IMG/VR virus record: IMGVR_UViG_3300033067_000051
Coordinates: 1-44,643 of that record
Length of the DNA: 44,643 bases
Origin: a virus
Lineage: Duplodnaviria > Caudoviricetes
Reading direction: 5' to 3' (one strand)
Part shown: piece after piece, positions 41,480 to 44,643 of the stretch
How positions within the stretch are numbered: the first letter of the stretch is position 1
Layout: the number at the start of each line of letters is the position of its first letter
Position numbers and translations under genes: made by a program
The notes under the pieces: generated by a model
The model's input: only the letters and a program-made list of their open reading frames with translations
Told to the model about the DNA's origin: nothing
Databases searched by the model: none

Positions 41480-44254
41480 TTATTCCTTGTTACGATCTAA
41501 CTCCAATGCAACACGACCTAACTCTTTCGCAGGAATCAGCATGGGCTTGCCCGTGAGTTTCTGCTTAGACTGATCTGTGTACACATCGACGATAAATGTT
41601 TCGTTGTTAGGATTATAGGTTACGAGTACGCCATCCGGCACACCTCGCATCTTATTTTCAATAGACTGACCAATCTTAGATGGACTGATCGCCTTAACGG
41701 CTCCCGCCGTTGCACCAATAGCAGCGCCTCCTACAGTACCAACAGCCTGTCCGAAGACAGGAACTACAGTACCAGCGAGTAGACCTGCACCAGCACCAGC
41801 AGCCGTACCTTTCAGTATCGTCTTGCCAGCGCCTTCATCCAGTGCCTCAAACTTGTTATACTTCTCCCAATACTTTGGGGCATAACGATCAAGGTACTGT
41901 GCCATTGCAACGTGCACAAAGTTCTTATCCGTGTTCTGTGGGAAGCCCATAGCTTCACGGACACTCTTCTGGTCTGAGCCGAACACAATGTTACCGAGGA
42001 TTGGTTCAGCAAGTCGCAGGGTTGAATCTGCGGCGGCTGATACAGCAGCATCGTCCGTCATGTTCGGGTACTGACTCTTGTTCAGGATAGCGGCCTTCTC
42101 AATACGATCTTTCAGAACGCTGCTTGTCCGAATAGAATCAAGCTCTGTCTCTGTAGGATCAGTGAAGTTCGTTGCCCCAAAGGCAGCATTGCTGCTGAGT
42201 CGTTTATTGAATAAGGTAGCTGGCATGAAGTCACCGAATATGCTGACATCTAAACCATCTACGTATTTGTCCGTATATTTGCCAATACTCTTTGTGTTTA
42301 TCGGAGGCGCTTTATCGCCAGACTCTTTACGAGCCAGAATCTCCTGAGCAGCACGAAGCGCGTCTGGAGAGCCGATGTTACCGGAGTCTAATGCGGCAGC
42401 TTGATATACGAGAGCCTTGTTCTCACCAACATAGTTGTTGGCTAGGCTATAGTTGCCTGATTGCTTCAGCTTCAGAAATGCTTTATACGAGTTCAGAGCG
42501 CCACTCTTTACAGAGCCTGTCTTCTCGTCTATAACGCTACCGGATAAACCCATAGCGATCTCTTTCTGCAAAGTCTTATCGACAACATTATTCTTGATAG
42601 ATACATCCAGCATGTGATTCTGTAGTTGCTCTCTCTTCTGGTCGATAGGCATAGAGCCTTGACCATCTAGTACACCGGATACACGTTCGCGCTCCATATC
42701 AAGAGCCTTCTGTTGTTTCTCTGGTGTGAGCATAGCTACGCGGTCTGAGGATAGCGCCGCGCCAATCTCCGCAGTCTCTTGCCGAGCTTTCTCATACTTC
42801 GCAATCTCAGTCTTTGCTTTTGCAGCCATTGAGTTCGCCCAGTCGTCTGAATACCCACGGACTTCTTTTACCTGAGAGATCATGTCTACGGACTCTGGAT
42901 AGTTTCCAGACTTAGCAGCATCCTTTAGGATAGTGTCTTCTGTCAGCAAGCGATCTTTATTAAACTCTTGGCTCTTGCGAGTAGCATACGTATCGTAAGC
43001 GTTTTCGATCTTCTGAATATCAGCGAGGCTGTATCCTTTATCTACTAAGGCAGCGATTGAGGCGTTCCGTGTTTTACCATTCACACCGTCAAGTGTACCC
43101 ATACTCTCTTTAATGTTCTGTACGTACTTCTTGGTCACAGCAGGGACATCTTTTTGATTTGCACCTGCGGCGATCCAATCCTTTACATTACCCGGCCCCC
43201 AGTTGTAAGCCATCAAGGCGACCTCTGTGTTACCACCGAACTCTTTGTTCATAGCGGCTAAGTAATCTCGCCCAACACGAGCACGTTCTACAAGGCTATC
43301 ATCTGCTGCGGGAGTCACACCGTATCCGGGATCAAGGTTTGTCTTGTCCATTACCTGCATCTCGCTCTTAGCCCCTTTAGGAGATACGGCGTAGCGATTA
43401 CCTCTGCTCTCGTGATAGATCACGGCAGAGACTAATCCTTCAGGTAGTCCAGCAGACTTTTCAAATACGGCGGCTTTTTCTTTGTCGCTCATACCGAGCG
43501 TTTCAAACAATACGCCGTTACCTTCATTCAGGTTTAACTCAATAGCGTTTGCAACAGTCTTGTGGTGTACATCTGGCGACAGCCCGGAGATTTCCGGAGA
43601 CATCAACTCTTCTAATTCTTGGTGTGCCTTCTGAGGGTCTTTTGGATCAAAGCGTTCCGCTTCGGATACCAACATACCACCGTAGCTATCTACCGTCTGT
43701 TGTTGATTGTACGAGTTGTTCGATTGGACATGCTGTGCCACAAGTTTCGGGAACATGTCCTCCGCGATTGCGGATAATAAATTTCGTGTATAGTCGTCTG
43801 CACCTGCTACCTTATCGGTAAGCTCTTTGAACTGACCAGACAGTTTCTTCTGGTAGTCCGAGCTAGACATTGTTTTATCGCCGTTCTCAATCTCTGAGAG
43901 AGCGTTTTGCTGCCACACGTTTGCGGCAGTCTTGGCCTTCATACCCATGAAGCCAGCAGTCGTGTATCGGTTGCCTTGGGCGACGATCTCTTCCTCCGTC
44001 TTGCCTTCTGCATAAGCCATCTTGCCTTGCAGTTCCCATTGCGCCTGTTTCTTCTGCATGTACTTTTCAAAACCGAGTGATGCCTGTCCGAGAACAGAAG
44101 CTAATTCGCGTTCACGCTCTCCGACTTTCGCCATACTAGAGGGACGAGGGGCCATCACTGGGGAGAGAGGTACTGAATCCGCTTGCTTCGGTTGCAATGA
44201 TGCCGCCAGAGCCGGGTCTTGAACGACATCTCTTCGTTCATATCCTTGAACCAT
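41480..44254 (-). CDS. Internal virion protein (gp15-like) with central lytic transglycosylase domain
   Basis: Start MVQGY at 44254 (AGGAG RBS); HESRGN..AVSPKGAKSEMQ...ALMAYNWGPGNV SLT motifs. Confidence 0.85.
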   Translation of the reverse strand: MVQGYERRDVVQDPALAASLQPKQADSVPLSPVMAPRPSSMAKVGERERELASVLGQASLGFEKYMQKKQAQWELQGKMAYAEGKTEEEIVAQGNRYTTAGFMGMKAKTAANVWQQNALSEIENGDKTMSSSDYQKKLSGQFKELTDKVAGADDYTRNLLSAIAEDMFPKLVAQHVQSNNSYNQQQTVDSYGGMLVSEAERFDPKDPQKAHQELEELMSPEISGLSPDVHHKTVANAIELNLNEGNGVLFETLGMSDKEKAAVFEKSAGLPEGLVSAVIYHESRGNRYAVSPKGAKSEMQVMDKTNLDPGYGVTPAADDSLVERARVGRDYLAAMNKEFGGNTEVALMAYNWGPGNVKDWIAAGANQKDVPAVTKKYVQNIKESMGTLDGVNGKTRNASIAALVDKGYSLADIQKIENAYDTYATRKSQEFNKDRLLTEDTILKDAAKSGNYPESVDMISQVKEVRGYSDDWANSMAAKAKTEIAKYEKARQETAEIGAALSSDRVAMLTPEKQQKALDMERERVSGVLDGQGSMPIDQKREQLQNHMLDVSIKNNVVDKTLQKEIAMGLSGSVIDEKTGSVKSGALNSYKAFLKLKQSGNYSLANNYVGENKALVYQAAALDSGNIGSPDALRAAQEILARKESGDKAPPINTKSIGKYTDKYVDGLDVSIFGDFMPATLFNKRLSSNAAFGATNFTDPTETELDSIRTSSVLKDRIEKAAILNKSQYPNMTDDAAVSAAADSTLRLAEPILGNIVFGSDQKSVREAMGFPQNTDKNFVHVAMAQYLDRYAPKYWEKYNKFEALDEGAGKTILKGTAAGAGAGLLAGTVVPVFGQAVGTVGGAAIGATAGAVKAISPSKIGQSIENKMRGVPDGVLVTYNPNNETFIVDVYTDQSKQKLTGKPMLIPAKELGRVALELDRNKE

Positions 44255-44274
44255 TTTATCTCCTGAAATAGAAA

Positions 44275-44313
44275 GACTGGTTCCATGCAGCGTGAGCCAC
44301 ATAAGAACCAGTC
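44275..44313 (-). other. 17-bp intergenic RNA hairpin followed by U-rich tract
   Basis: GACUGGUUC-U-UAUGUGGC-UCAC-GCUGCAUG-GAACCAGUC, then UUUCUAUUUC. Confidence 0.6.
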
Positions 44314-44321
44314 AAATTAGT

Positions 44322-44643
44322 TTATAGGCCATCTAACATATCATACGCTAGGTTGCCGTAACCTGCACGATTAAGTCGTACAGCCGTAGCCTCTTTGAGG
44401 CCACTCATAAAGCCAGAACCATTCGATCCACCTGAACCACCAAAGTCCATCGACCCATACATACTTGAAGCTGCCTTGAGCAGGTAAGTACCGAACTTGG
44501 GTTTCGGAATATAAGAGTGGTCGGTTTGCATAGCAGCCGACATTGCCGACTGTACACGCTGTTGATCGAACGCAAGGTTCGCGTTCCGTAAGCTGAGTTG
44601 TCTCTGTCTCTCTTGGTTCGCAGCATTACGCTGTACGTTGAAG
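44322..44643 (-). CDS. Internal virion protein (gp14-like), C-terminal part of the gene starting at 287
   Basis: Open frame from the window end to the stop at 44322; in phase with 1..287. Confidence 0.85.
   Translation of the reverse strand, partial: FNVQRNAANQERQRQLSLRNANLAFDQQRVQSAMSAAMQTDHSYIPKPKFGTYLLKAASSMYGSMDFGGSGGSNGSGFMSGLKEATAVRLNRAGYGNLAYDMLDGL

Noticed and set aside
44255-44302. Longer N-terminus (MWLTLHG...) for the 940-aa ORF
   Set aside because: That start lies inside a hairpin without an RBS; AGGAG supports the start at 44254

Overview
The window is a complete, circularly permuted ~44.6 kb genome of a T7-like lytic podophage (Autographiviridae/Autographivirales). It has the phiKMV/KP34-type layout, with the single-subunit RNA polymerase gene placed after the DNA-metabolism genes. 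Essentially all genes are on the minus strand, and an internal virion gene reads in frame across the 1/44643 junction. In genome orientation, starting near 28.5 kb and reading leftwards: (1) two consensus sigma70 promoters and a long structured non-coding leader; (2) small early genes, including a SAM lyase-like gene; (3) primase, helicase, a T5 A1-like metallophosphoesterase, a DUF5664 dNTP diphosphohydrolase, ligase, family A DNA polymerase, nucleotidyltransferase, exonuclease, endonuclease VII and RNAP; (4) portal, scaffold, capsid, tail tubes, three internal virion proteins and tail fibre; (5) holin, terminases, a lysis cassette and a distal fibre/decoration module. A phage promoter consensus TAAT(G/C)TGACTCATACATAGTA occurs three times, once inverted near the probable genome end. 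The most notable observations are the densely structured early non-coding RNAs, a 53-aa early protein carrying the FtsZ-tail motif IPAFLR, the A1-like nuclease/DUF5664 pair, the inverted promoter, and a leader-peptide/pseudoknot element. All family assignments come from motif recognition by eye, with no database searches. An alphaproteobacterial host is a weak guess only.
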